Below the pieces are notes generated by a model that was given only the letters and a program-made list of their open reading frames with translations, made no database searches and had not been told where the DNA came from. A stretch of DNA of 64,000 bases, from positions 3,808,001-3,872,000 of the forward strand of contig OZ223236.1 of NCBI GenBank assembly GCA_965140445.1. The letters are read 5' to 3'. Below, piece by piece: positions 55,791 through 64,000 of the stretch; position 1 is the first letter of the stretch; each line of letters starts with the position of its first letter. A program made the position numbers and the translations under genes. Source of the DNA: Candidatus Ozemobacteraceae bacterium. Its GTDB lineage: Bacteria; Muiribacteriota; Ozemobacteria; Ozemobacterales; Ozemobacteraceae.

Positions 55791-56801
55791 ATGAAATACG
55801 AACTAAAACTAAAGTGTATGGTAAAAGAGTATAAAGCAGGGAAAACCCTACTAAGTTTTATTTGTGAAAGGTTCTCCTATCACAATCCAGAATACTGGGA
55901 AACCAAAATAGCTGAAAAACAGATTCTTTTAAATGGCCTTCCGTCTTCTTCTGAAACCATGGTTAAAGAAAATGATGAAATTGAATTTATTGTTCCAAAT
56001 TTTGAAGAGCCCGATCTTGATATGAACTATAAAACCATATGGGAATCAGAAGATCTTCTCCTGGTCAGCAAGCCTTCCGATCTTCCTGTACACTCGACCA
56101 GGCGCATCTTTAAGCAAACCTTAACAGCGGCTGTAAGAAAAGATGTTTCATCTGAATATTTACAACCCCTCCATCGCCTGGATAGGGAGACAAGCGGTTT
56201 AATCTTTTATGTAAAAAACCCGCTTATGCATAAAAAAATCCATAAGAAAATGAAAAGTTTCTTTCAGGAAAAATTTTATTTAGCAATTGTAAAAGGTAAA
56301 CCAGACTGGATAGAAAAAACCATTTCTCAGCCTTTAAAGGAGTGCCTTAGCCCACCGGTAAAATATAAAATGATAATTGACTCTGAAGGCAAAGAAGCAG
56401 TTACCAGGGCTCATCTTATCAGCTCTGAAAATGGTATTTCGCTTATCCTCTTACAGCTGTTTACAGGAAGAAAACATCAAATTCGAGCACACCTGGCCTC
56501 AGAAGGTTATCCCATAATTGGAGATAAGCTCTATTCTCACAACTCTGAGTATTTTCTAAAACGTTGCGAAGACCGACTTTGCGAAGAAGACCTTCAGATA
56601 CTTGGTTCCAGTCACCATCTCTTACACGCATTATCTCTTAAAATCCAGGTTCCAGGTGAAATTCCGCACCGCTTCTATTCTTTCAATTTTTCGGAAGAGA
56701 TGAATAGTTATCTTAAATTTTTCCCAAAATGGGAGAATGAGGTTAAAACCATTATTGAGCAGCCAGAAGCAAGACAAAAAAATGACATAACCCTTTCTTA
56801 A
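55791..56801 (+). CDS. RluA-family RNA pseudouridine synthase
   Basis: KPSDLPVH, HRLDRETSG (catalytic Asp), TGRKHQIRAH, IIGDKLY, LHA. Confidence 0.93.
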   Translation: MKYELKLKCMVKEYKAGKTLLSFICERFSYHNPEYWETKIAEKQILLNGLPSSSETMVKENDEIEFIVPNFEEPDLDMNYKTIWESEDLLLVSKPSDLPVHSTRRIFKQTLTAAVRKDVSSEYLQPLHRLDRETSGLIFYVKNPLMHKKIHKKMKSFFQEKFYLAIVKGKPDWIEKTISQPLKECLSPPVKYKMIIDSEGKEAVTRAHLISSENGISLILLQLFTGRKHQIRAHLASEGYPIIGDKLYSHNSEYFLKRCEDRLCEEDLQILGSSHHLLHALSLKIQVPGEIPHRFYSFNFSEEMNSYLKFFPKWENEVKTIIEQPEARQKNDITLS

Positions 56802-56841
56802 ATGTATAATAAAGGCAACTAGCCACCTCGGAGATACACAA

Positions 56842-58947
56842 ATGTCATTACTACCGCAGAGTCTTGACTTCAATAGCTGGATAGAGTTTTGCTTAAATTC
56901 AAATGATCCTGAAGTTAGAGAGACTGCTCTCGAGGAATTATCTATCACGGGTTTTTCAAAAAACCTGGAATCTCATCTCATCCAGATTGTCTCTGAGGAC
57001 TCTTCAGATTTAGCAAGAAGTCTGGCAAAATTCGCTCTTCATGTTAATGAAACTAAATTAGCTTTAAAAAAGAAAAGTAATAAGGTCAGACTTACACCGG
57101 ATCTTGTTTTCCGAATGATAGAAAGTGGTGATCCACTCCTTGATCAAACCGTTATTCAAGGCATGCGGGTAACTCCCGGAAAAATCGATCTTGAGGAATG
57201 GCGTGAATATCTCTCTTCAAAACTAAAAAAAGATTCTATTGCCTTGCAAATAGGAATTTCATTTTTAAGTAAACACGGTGACAAAACAGACAGTGAGATA
57301 GTTTTAAAGTTTTTGAATTCAAAAATATCAGATGTTATCTGCGCCGCTTTAACTTTTTTACATAAACAAGACCCGGAAACATTCAAAAAGCACATAAGCA
57401 TCGGTTTAAGATCAGACGATCCAAAAGTTCAACTTCACTCAATTCATCTTTTAAGAACCGTAGATTCTGATGAATGCCTTAATTTTCTTCAATCACTTTT
57501 ACACAGTTCATCGGCCTTGATTCGTCAAAAATGTTTAAGAGAATTGATGCTGATACCCTTTTTTAAATCATCAAATCTACTTATGCAATTTCTTGCTATG
57601 GAAAAAAACCCTCTTATGCTTGTAAAAGCGGGGTTTGTATTTGCTTTCAACCCAAGACCCGAACATCCAATAAGAATTTACGATATTTTGCTACTCGCAA
57701 ATGGCGAAAAGAAACACATTTTAAACCTGGTTTTCAAACAAAACCTTGAAGCCATTGATAAAGCTGGAATACTTGATGTACCGCTAAAAAAATACCTTGA
57801 AAGCCTTAAGTTAAATATTGGCTTACGGAAGTCTGAAACCATTATTAGACTCGCGATAAAAGATCTTGATAGCAAGCAAGTAGACACAAGGCTTTCAGCG
57901 CTAGAGCGAATATCAAAATTTTCCGATCACCCATCAATCCAAAGAATCCTTAACAAAAAGCTAATTTCTGATCAGAACCCTAAAGTTAGAGAAACAATTT
58001 CATTTTTGCTGGAAGGGGAACCCAAAAATGGTGCTGCCCCTAATGAGTTCCACCAGAAGGATTTTGATAATGTAAAAACCGTATCAAAATTTAAAAACCT
58101 CTCAACTGAGGATCAAAAAGCTTTTATATCAAACATTGACAGCTACACAAAATTTAGAAAATCTAGACTGTTTCTACACGAGATTCTGCAAAAAATAGAT
58201 GTCAAAATAGCTCAAATAGCAATTTTACATAAAATAGGAGAATTTGGAAGCTATCTGGACATGCCACTTCTTGATTCTTTCATTCATAGTGAGGATTCAT
58301 TGGTTTTATCCGCCGCGGTAAAAGCAATAGCGAATTTTGAAGGAGAAAAAGTCATTCCGACTATTGAAAGATTAATTTTTCATCCAGATCCAATTGTTAA
58401 AACCGCTGCAATTGAATCCTTGATCATTGCTGAAAAAGAAAAGGCAGTTAAGCAAATACTCGCACTCATTAAATCGAAGAATAAAAATGAGCGCAGAATA
58501 GGAGTTTCTCTTCTTCCCAAACTTGATTACTCTTCAGCAGAGCCTATTTTATGGAATCTCTTAAAGTATGAACCAAGCTCGGAATTTAAATCACAGGCAG
58601 CTTATCTGGTTGCCACAAACCCAACACCTGTTGGACTGAAGAAACTATTTTCTTTATGCCATAAAAAAGATTTAACCCTTAAAAAGAACTATCAGGATCT
58701 ATGGCAATTGGCATTAATAAATGCAGAATCAGCATTTAACAAACCGGCTTCAAAAATAGAAGAAGAATGCTTTGGGAACTCTTATGGCAGCCATGATAAT
58801 AGCGCCAACTACTCTAAACCATATTCATTTCAAAATATTTTCGGGAAAGAATCAGAAGAAGCGATAATGGAAACAACCGATCAACAGCCCTCGGAATTGG
58901 GCTTTTTTCAGCGTATATCCGCGCATTTCCAAAAATATAGATTATAA
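56842..58947 (+). CDS. HEAT-repeat protein
   Basis: LNSNDPEVRETALEEL, LRSDDPKVQLHSI, LDSKQVDTRLSALE, IFHPDPIVKTAAIE. Confidence 0.82.
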   Translation: MSLLPQSLDFNSWIEFCLNSNDPEVRETALEELSITGFSKNLESHLIQIVSEDSSDLARSLAKFALHVNETKLALKKKSNKVRLTPDLVFRMIESGDPLLDQTVIQGMRVTPGKIDLEEWREYLSSKLKKDSIALQIGISFLSKHGDKTDSEIVLKFLNSKISDVICAALTFLHKQDPETFKKHISIGLRSDDPKVQLHSIHLLRTVDSDECLNFLQSLLHSSSALIRQKCLRELMLIPFFKSSNLLMQFLAMEKNPLMLVKAGFVFAFNPRPEHPIRIYDILLLANGEKKHILNLVFKQNLEAIDKAGILDVPLKKYLESLKLNIGLRKSETIIRLAIKDLDSKQVDTRLSALERISKFSDHPSIQRILNKKLISDQNPKVRETISFLLEGEPKNGAAPNEFHQKDFDNVKTVSKFKNLSTEDQKAFISNIDSYTKFRKSRLFLHEILQKIDVKIAQIAILHKIGEFGSYLDMPLLDSFIHSEDSLVLSAAVKAIANFEGEKVIPTIERLIFHPDPIVKTAAIESLIIAEKEKAVKQILALIKSKNKNERRIGVSLLPKLDYSSAEPILWNLLKYEPSSEFKSQAAYLVATNPTPVGLKKLFSLCHKKDLTLKKNYQDLWQLALINAESAFNKPASKIEEECFGNSYGSHDNSANYSKPYSFQNIFGKESEEAIMETTDQQPSELGFFQRISAHFQKYRL

Positions 58948-58953
58948 ATTTTC

Positions 58954-60303
58954 TTATCTTTTATAATCTGGCAGAAGCATGAAATCATCACTAGTTCCAG
59001 CTTTCAGATCTACTCCAACACTAAAAAGTTCAAGCGGAGAATTTTTATAAAGTAATTTCTTTCCAGAAAAATGATCGCCCGATACTTCAAATCCAAGCCA
59101 TTTATCCAAAGCATCCAGATCATCAGGAAAGCTTCCTTTCTCATTTTTATAAGCATAGAGCGCCAAAACAGCTACCCCACCCTCAAGAATTTGAAAAGCT
59201 TCATTTTGTTTTATATATGCATTTTTATAGTTTGGAAAGGAAAATTGAAAAAGAACCTTTGCTAATATCTTAGCTGGAAATAATAAATCAAAAATTCCCG
59301 GGTTCTTAAATGGCCCGAAGTATTTTTCCTGAAATAACCTCATCCTGTCTTCAAGTTCTTTAATCTTTTCAATTCCAACATAAAATGGCTTTTCTAAATA
59401 AATAAGGTCATTATCGACCTTTTGTTTATAAAGCTCCTTCATAAACTCCATAACGGGCTTAAGCCTTTCTGCTGGGTTTGAAACCCCTTTCTTTTTTAAA
59501 AGTTCTTTTTGAAGTTCATAAGGATAATCCATACTGGTGACAGCCTTTTTTTCCATCTGAGAGACGAAAAAAAGCGAGGGCAATTGTTCTTTAAGCTTTT
59601 TGAAGCTATCAAAAACAACCTTAACAACCTTTTTATTTGGAGAGATTTCTTTTGAAATATCTATCAACGACTGTCCAGCTATTTTCAAAGTACTTATAGC
59701 GATCATATATCCGATTAGCGAACATCTTTCTGGTTTATTCAAAAGAGGGGCAGTGGACAAAGTTGCACAAGATAACACCGCTCTGATAGCCATCGAAGAA
59801 TCGCCAGAGACAGAGTAATATCTTCCCAGAAATCCAAAAATTCTGGCAGTTTCACGAATCAATCGATAATTATATGTACCCTTAGCCACATCTATCTTTT
59901 CAGGTAGCTTTGCTGAAAACCCAGGAAGTTTAATTTGCTTTATGTAGTTATCATAGCCTTCTGTTAAAAATGGTTTGCAGCTTGCGACTTCAGCAGCATC
60001 GACGGATTTAAGAATCTCATCTTTCCCAATTGGTGAGAAACTTGTTTGATTTGAAATCGAAACAACTTTTTCTGATACTTTTGAAAGTTTGCAGCAACTG
60101 GGAATCTCCTTGGGACCAAAAACCAGCCCGGCACCCTTTCCATTCATATCCCCAACAACAAGTTTAAAGTCCTGGACATATGAGAAATATGAATAAGAGT
60201 AAAATCCAACTACTACGACCAGAAAAAGAAAAATATACTTTAATCTAGAAAACATTTCGTTCCCCGCATTCAATTTTAACTTGTGCATAATATACTTGCT
60301 CAA
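58954..60303 (-). CDS. Hypothetical membrane-anchored protein with GspG-like C-terminal segment
   Basis: N-terminal TM; ALYAYKNEKGSFPDDL...DHFSGKKLLY...FSVGVD...GTSDD resembles pseudopilin C-terminal motifs; start uncertain. Confidence 0.6.
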   Translation of the reverse strand: MSKYIMHKLKLNAGNEMFSRLKYIFLFLVVVVGFYSYSYFSYVQDFKLVVGDMNGKGAGLVFGPKEIPSCCKLSKVSEKVVSISNQTSFSPIGKDEILKSVDAAEVASCKPFLTEGYDNYIKQIKLPGFSAKLPEKIDVAKGTYNYRLIRETARIFGFLGRYYSVSGDSSMAIRAVLSCATLSTAPLLNKPERCSLIGYMIAISTLKIAGQSLIDISKEISPNKKVVKVVFDSFKKLKEQLPSLFFVSQMEKKAVTSMDYPYELQKELLKKKGVSNPAERLKPVMEFMKELYKQKVDNDLIYLEKPFYVGIEKIKELEDRMRLFQEKYFGPFKNPGIFDLLFPAKILAKVLFQFSFPNYKNAYIKQNEAFQILEGGVAVLALYAYKNEKGSFPDDLDALDKWLGFEVSGDHFSGKKLLYKNSPLELFSVGVDLKAGTSDDFMLLPDYKR

Positions 60304-60348
60304 ACAAAATTAAGCACTAAAAAGCTACAAAAAATCCACTTGCAAAAG

Positions 60349-60380
60349 AAAAAAGGCCACCAGAAATTATCTGGTAGCCT
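60349..60380 (-). terminator. Rho-independent terminator after clpP
   Basis: AGGCCACCAGA / TCTGGTAGCCT stem preceded by A-tract on the + strand. Confidence 0.7.
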
Positions 60381-60402
60381 CTTCATATTTAGTAACAGAC
60401 AA

Positions 60403-61050
60403 TCAGGATTTAGGCTTATCCATTTTATAGATTCCATCTACAATCCCGTATTCCATAGACTCTTCCGCATCCATCCAATAGTCGCGATCAAAATCTTTGA
60501 TAACACGATCTTTTGATTTTCCGCAATTTTTGGCAAGAATCTTTGCCGCTACTTCTCTGGTTTTGATGATCTGTTTAGCTTGTATTTCAAGATCGCTAGC
60601 TTGACCATACAAAAATTCAACGCTTGGCTGATGGATCATCACTCTTCCATGGGGAAAAATAAAACGTTGCCCTTTTTCACCTGAAGAAAGAAGAATAGAG
60701 CCCATAGAAGCTGCCAGCCCCATACATACAGTAGAAACTGGTGAACTAATGAGTTTCATGGCATCCATTATCGCATATCCCGATGAAACTATTCCACCCG
60801 GGCTGTTAATAAAGAACGTAATTGGCTCACCAGGAGCCATTGCTTCAAGATATAGCAGCTTACTTACTACACTTTTTGAGGTATCGTCATCAACTGGCCC
60901 CCACAAAAAGATTTTCCTGTCTTGAAGCAGTTTCTGTTCTACAGCCTCATTTGTCTCGCTCTTATCTTCTTTGTCCTTTTCCTCTTCCTCTTCTTCTTCA
61001 TCTTCGTTTTCATCACAGAGATAGAGGTCTTTCTTAAGCTTTTTTACCAT
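60403..61050 (-). CDS. clpP: ATP-dependent Clp protease proteolytic subunit
   Basis: INSPGG, GLAASMGS (Ser), MIHQP (His), DRDYWM (Asp), YGIVD; AGGAG RBS before ATG 61050. Confidence 0.96.
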   Translation of the reverse strand: MVKKLKKDLYLCDENEDEEEEEEEKDKEDKSETNEAVEQKLLQDRKIFLWGPVDDDTSKSVVSKLLYLEAMAPGEPITFFINSPGGIVSSGYAIMDAMKLISSPVSTVCMGLAASMGSILLSSGEKGQRFIFPHGRVMIHQPSVEFLYGQASDLEIQAKQIIKTREVAAKILAKNCGKSKDRVIKDFDRDYWMDAEESMEYGIVDGIYKMDKPKS

Positions 61051-61161
61051 TTTAAGAACTCCTGACAAATTATTTCAGGCTGATTATAACTTTATTCAAT
61101 TTGTTTTGATACCGTTTTTTGAAACTTTCTGCTATTTTATCTATCATTAGTTTGTATTTAA

Positions 61162-62127
61162 GTGACATTTCAGCGAGTAAAAGTTAAACCAATGAAAAAT
61201 AGAGCAGACTGCCATAGAAATATTGGACCACACCTTTTCGTCTTTTTTCTAGCAATGTTCATGATTGTTTTTGGATTGGGCTTTTTTGGCGAAGAGGTGC
61301 AAAAACACGGCATTTTATCCCTGAGAGTAATAGCAATAGGTTTTATATCAATGCTAATTATTGGAATGGGCGGGATAATGGCTTTCTTTTCACTTACTGA
61401 GTGCCGAAGCGAATACAAAAAATATAGATATTTTAAAGCTTATCCGGATCGCCCCTGGAAGTATGATGAAAGATGGAAAGGCTTTACAGCATCGACCCAT
61501 AATATCAGTGAATTTATTATTATTACCCTGGCCGCTTTCTTTCTATGGGGATTTTCTGGATTCATCGCAGTTTCCTGGTATCAGGGAGTTGAAATTCATT
61601 GGATATTAAAAATACTTGGTTGTATCAGCACAATATATGCTTTTTTTACTTCGCTGGTTTCCATATCCTCACTATTAAACCATCTGAGGTTTGGCAATTC
61701 CAAAATTAAATTCAACCAGATCCCGATCCCTCCCGGAACAGAATTTGAAGCTGTTCTAATTGCAGCAAATATGTTTGGAAAAGCTGAAAAGATTACCTAT
61801 GAACTTTTGTGCAAAAAAACCATTAAAGAAGGCTCTGGAAAAAGAGCAGATACTAAAGAAGAAGTAGTTTTTTCCGTAAAGAAAAAAACATCTATAGCTA
61901 GTTGCTCAAGTATCAAACGGAAAATGATCTTACCTGTTAAATTGAGGATTCCTGAAAACGCCCATGTTGATCAAAAAGAAACCCATCCTCAATTTGAGTG
62001 GTTTCTAAGCTTTACCATTGAAATGCCAGGTTTGAATTATAATGCAGTTTTTCCAATCCCCGTTTATTCGCCCTCATCAAAAGAGCACATTGAATTTTAT
62101 AATCAAACCTCACAATTAGAGGATTAA
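61162..62127 (+). CDS. Hypothetical membrane protein
   Basis: Four TM segments, YPDRPW motif, C-terminal beta-rich domain; start uncertain. Confidence 0.72.
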   Translation: MTFQRVKVKPMKNRADCHRNIGPHLFVFFLAMFMIVFGLGFFGEEVQKHGILSLRVIAIGFISMLIIGMGGIMAFFSLTECRSEYKKYRYFKAYPDRPWKYDERWKGFTASTHNISEFIIITLAAFFLWGFSGFIAVSWYQGVEIHWILKILGCISTIYAFFTSLVSISSLLNHLRFGNSKIKFNQIPIPPGTEFEAVLIAANMFGKAEKITYELLCKKTIKEGSGKRADTKEEVVFSVKKKTSIASCSSIKRKMILPVKLRIPENAHVDQKETHPQFEWFLSFTIEMPGLNYNAVFPIPVYSPSSKEHIEFYNQTSQLED

Positions 62128-62156
62128 AAAAAGGGAATTGCCAATGGCAACTCCCT
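62126..62156 (-). terminator. Rho-independent terminator after deaD
   Basis: A-tract then AGGGAATTGCC / GGCAACTCCCT. Confidence 0.7.
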
Positions 62157-62174
62157 CTAATTTGTCAAAAATTA

Positions 62175-64000
62175 TTAAGCTCTATCGCGACGACTTCTCA
62201 ATCTTCGTTTGTTAGAACTTCTGTCATTACTTTTTCCGTATGATTTGCGAGGACTAGAGAATCCAACACTTTTACCAGCTGGTCTCTTGTGAGCTTTTTC
62301 ATGGAATGGAGGTGGTCTTCTTGTGCTATTTTCATCTCTAACTTCACCTGAGTCCGCCTGTGGAGATGGATCACCAACCTTACTCATTGCCATTCTCTGA
62401 CCAACAATTGTCGCCTTGCTGAGTCGTCTAAGATCCTTGAAGCGTAACCCCACAGGAAGATCAACAGTGGAAAAGTCTTCATAAATTTGAATTCTTCCAA
62501 TATCTTTACTTGGCATTCCAGTTTCACCTGCAATAGCACCAACAATATTTCCTGGTTTTACACCATGGCAATGGCCGACTTCGACTCTGTAGGTTTCCAT
62601 GCCTTCTTCATCAGTCTGAACAATTTCATCATTTCTTGATCTACTGCTACGAGGGCGTCGACCTCTTCCATCAAAATCGTCATCGTGGCGAGGTCTTTCT
62701 TTCTTTTCAGCGATTTCTTCCAGCAACAAAGGAACTTCACCCTGAACAAGTTTTGCCAGGGCTGCAGCGATTTCGATTGAAGGAACATCATTTTCTTTAC
62801 GATAGCTTTCAACCAAAGCTCTGAAGAAATCCAGATTGTTCTCAGCAAGAGTGTCTGAAATCTTTTGTTTAAAGCCTGTAATTCTATTGTCATTGATTAT
62901 TGAAGTGGAAGGTAATTCCATCAATTCTATTTTTTGCCTGGTTGCTTCTTCAATTTCCCTGAGCATATATTTTTCTTTTGGTTTCAAGAAAAGAATAGCA
63001 TCGCCACTTTTCCCGGCTCGACCCGTTCTTCCAATTCTGTGAACATAAGCCTCAGTATCAAAAGGAACATCGTAGTTTATTACATGGGTAATTCTGTCCA
63101 CATCAAGTCCGCGAGCAGCAACATCAGTAGCGACAAGAATGTTTATCTTGCCACTTTTAAGCTGTTCAATAGTTCTTTCTCTCTGATTCTGAGCGATGTC
63201 TCCATTAATTGCAGAGGAAGAATATCCCCTTGCTTCTAATTTTTCTGAAATCTCCACAGTCTCCATTCTTGTTCTGGCAAAAATGATTGCCGCATCAAAT
63301 GGCTCTGCTTCAAGCACACGCGTAAGAGCGTCCATTTTTCTGTACCCTCTTACCATTAGATAACGCTGTCTCGTGGTTTCTACGGTAGTGGTGGTGGACT
63401 TAATTGTAATTTCTTCAGGATTATCCTGATATTTTCTAGCAATTTTCCTAATTTCGTTAGGAACTGTTGCAGAAAAAAGTGCAATCTGATGTTTTTCAGG
63501 TATTTGATCAAGAATCCATTCTACATCTTCTTGAAAACCCATTTTAAGCATTTCATCAGCTTCGTCTAAAACAAGAATTTTTAATTCATCAAGTTCAAGA
63601 GTTCCGCGACGAATATGGTCCATAACACGGCCCGGGGTTCCAACTACAACCTGAACACCTTTTTTGAGGCTTCTTAGCTGATTCCCATATTCCTGACCAC
63701 CATAAATTGGTAAAACACGAAAGCCTTTTACGTGTTTTGCATATCTTTGGAAAGCCTCAGAAACTTGTATGGCTAATTCCCTTGTAGGAGTTAAAACCAA
63801 TGCTTGAGGTGTTCTTTCATCGGTATCAATGCGATTGATTATTGGCAGAGCAAAAGCAGCTGTTTTTCCAGTACCAGTCTGAGCTTGTCCTAAAACGTCC
63901 CGTCCAGTTTGAATCGCTGGAATAATCTGCGCCTGGATTGGGAATGGAACTTCGTATCCAAGCTCATTCACGGCCTTCAGGATTTCTGGTTTTAGATCAA
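62175..64000 (-). CDS. deaD: DEAD-box RNA helicase DeaD/CsdA (5' end beyond window)
   Basis: AQTGTGKT, PTRELA, TPGR, LDEADEM, SAT, ARGLD, HRIGRTGRAG, DbpA domain (VKPGNIVGAI); frame open to the edge. Confidence 0.95.
   Translation of the reverse strand, partial: DLKPEILKAVNELGYEVPFPIQAQIIPAIQTGRDVLGQAQTGTGKTAAFALPIINRIDTDERTPQALVLTPTRELAIQVSEAFQRYAKHVKGFRVLPIYGGQEYGNQLRSLKKGVQVVVGTPGRVMDHIRRGTLELDELKILVLDEADEMLKMGFQEDVEWILDQIPEKHQIALFSATVPNEIRKIARKYQDNPEEITIKSTTTTVETTRQRYLMVRGYRKMDALTRVLEAEPFDAAIIFARTRMETVEISEKLEARGYSSSAINGDIAQNQRERTIEQLKSGKINILVATDVAARGLDVDRITHVINYDVPFDTEAYVHRIGRTGRAGKSGDAILFLKPKEKYMLREIEEATRQKIELMELPSTSIINDNRITGFKQKISDTLAENNLDFFRALVESYRKENDVPSIEIAAALAKLVQGEVPLLLEEIAEKKERPRHDDDFDGRGRRPRSSRSRNDEIVQTDEEGMETYRVEVGHCHGVKPGNIVGAIAGETGMPSKDIGRIQIYEDFSTVDLPVGLRFKDLRRLSKATIVGQRMAMSKVGDPSPQADSGEVRDENSTRRPPPFHEKAHKRPAGKSVGFSSPRKSYGKSNDRSSNKRRLRSRRDRA

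Noticed and set aside
60960..61015. TTC/CTC-rich tract as a possible tandem repeat
   Set aside because: It simply encodes the acidic N-terminal stretch of ClpP
1..64000. CRISPR arrays, tRNA and rRNA genes, and the many short overlapping ORFs in the track
   Set aside because: No regularly spaced repeats or RNA-gene signatures seen by eye; the short ORFs are antisense or out-of-frame shadows of well-supported genes

Overview
AT-rich bacterial chromosomal window. The abundance of HEAT-repeat and pseudopilin-like orphans suggests an uncultured lineage such as Candidatus Riflebacteria, but this is an untested inference. Positions 1-10.3 kb are a decaying accessory/defence region. It holds an Avs1a-like MBL hydrolase followed by the start of a trypsin-like gene, a broken IS256, an AbiL/RloA-RloB pair followed by a well-formed attC-like site (plus two half sites), and a ~4.4 kb block of orphans flanked by a ~310-320 bp direct repeat of a TPR gene 3' end. 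The rest is mostly core or lineage-specific genome: ychF, a kinase/IMPase pair, a nucleoside kinase, cobO, ptrB, a partial legionaminic-acid-type cluster, trmL, rpsB-tsf-pyrH-frr-(ferredoxin)-uppS-cdsA-rseP, thiN, an RluA-family gene, clpP and a partial deaD. The most distinctive lineage-specific module is a convergent pair of large HEAT-repeat fusions, one ending in an intact-looking class III adenylate cyclase and the other in a PilT ATPase, next to an HTH-PIN fusion. No rRNA, tRNA or CRISPR array was recognised. All family calls come from motif recognition by eye; no searches were run.
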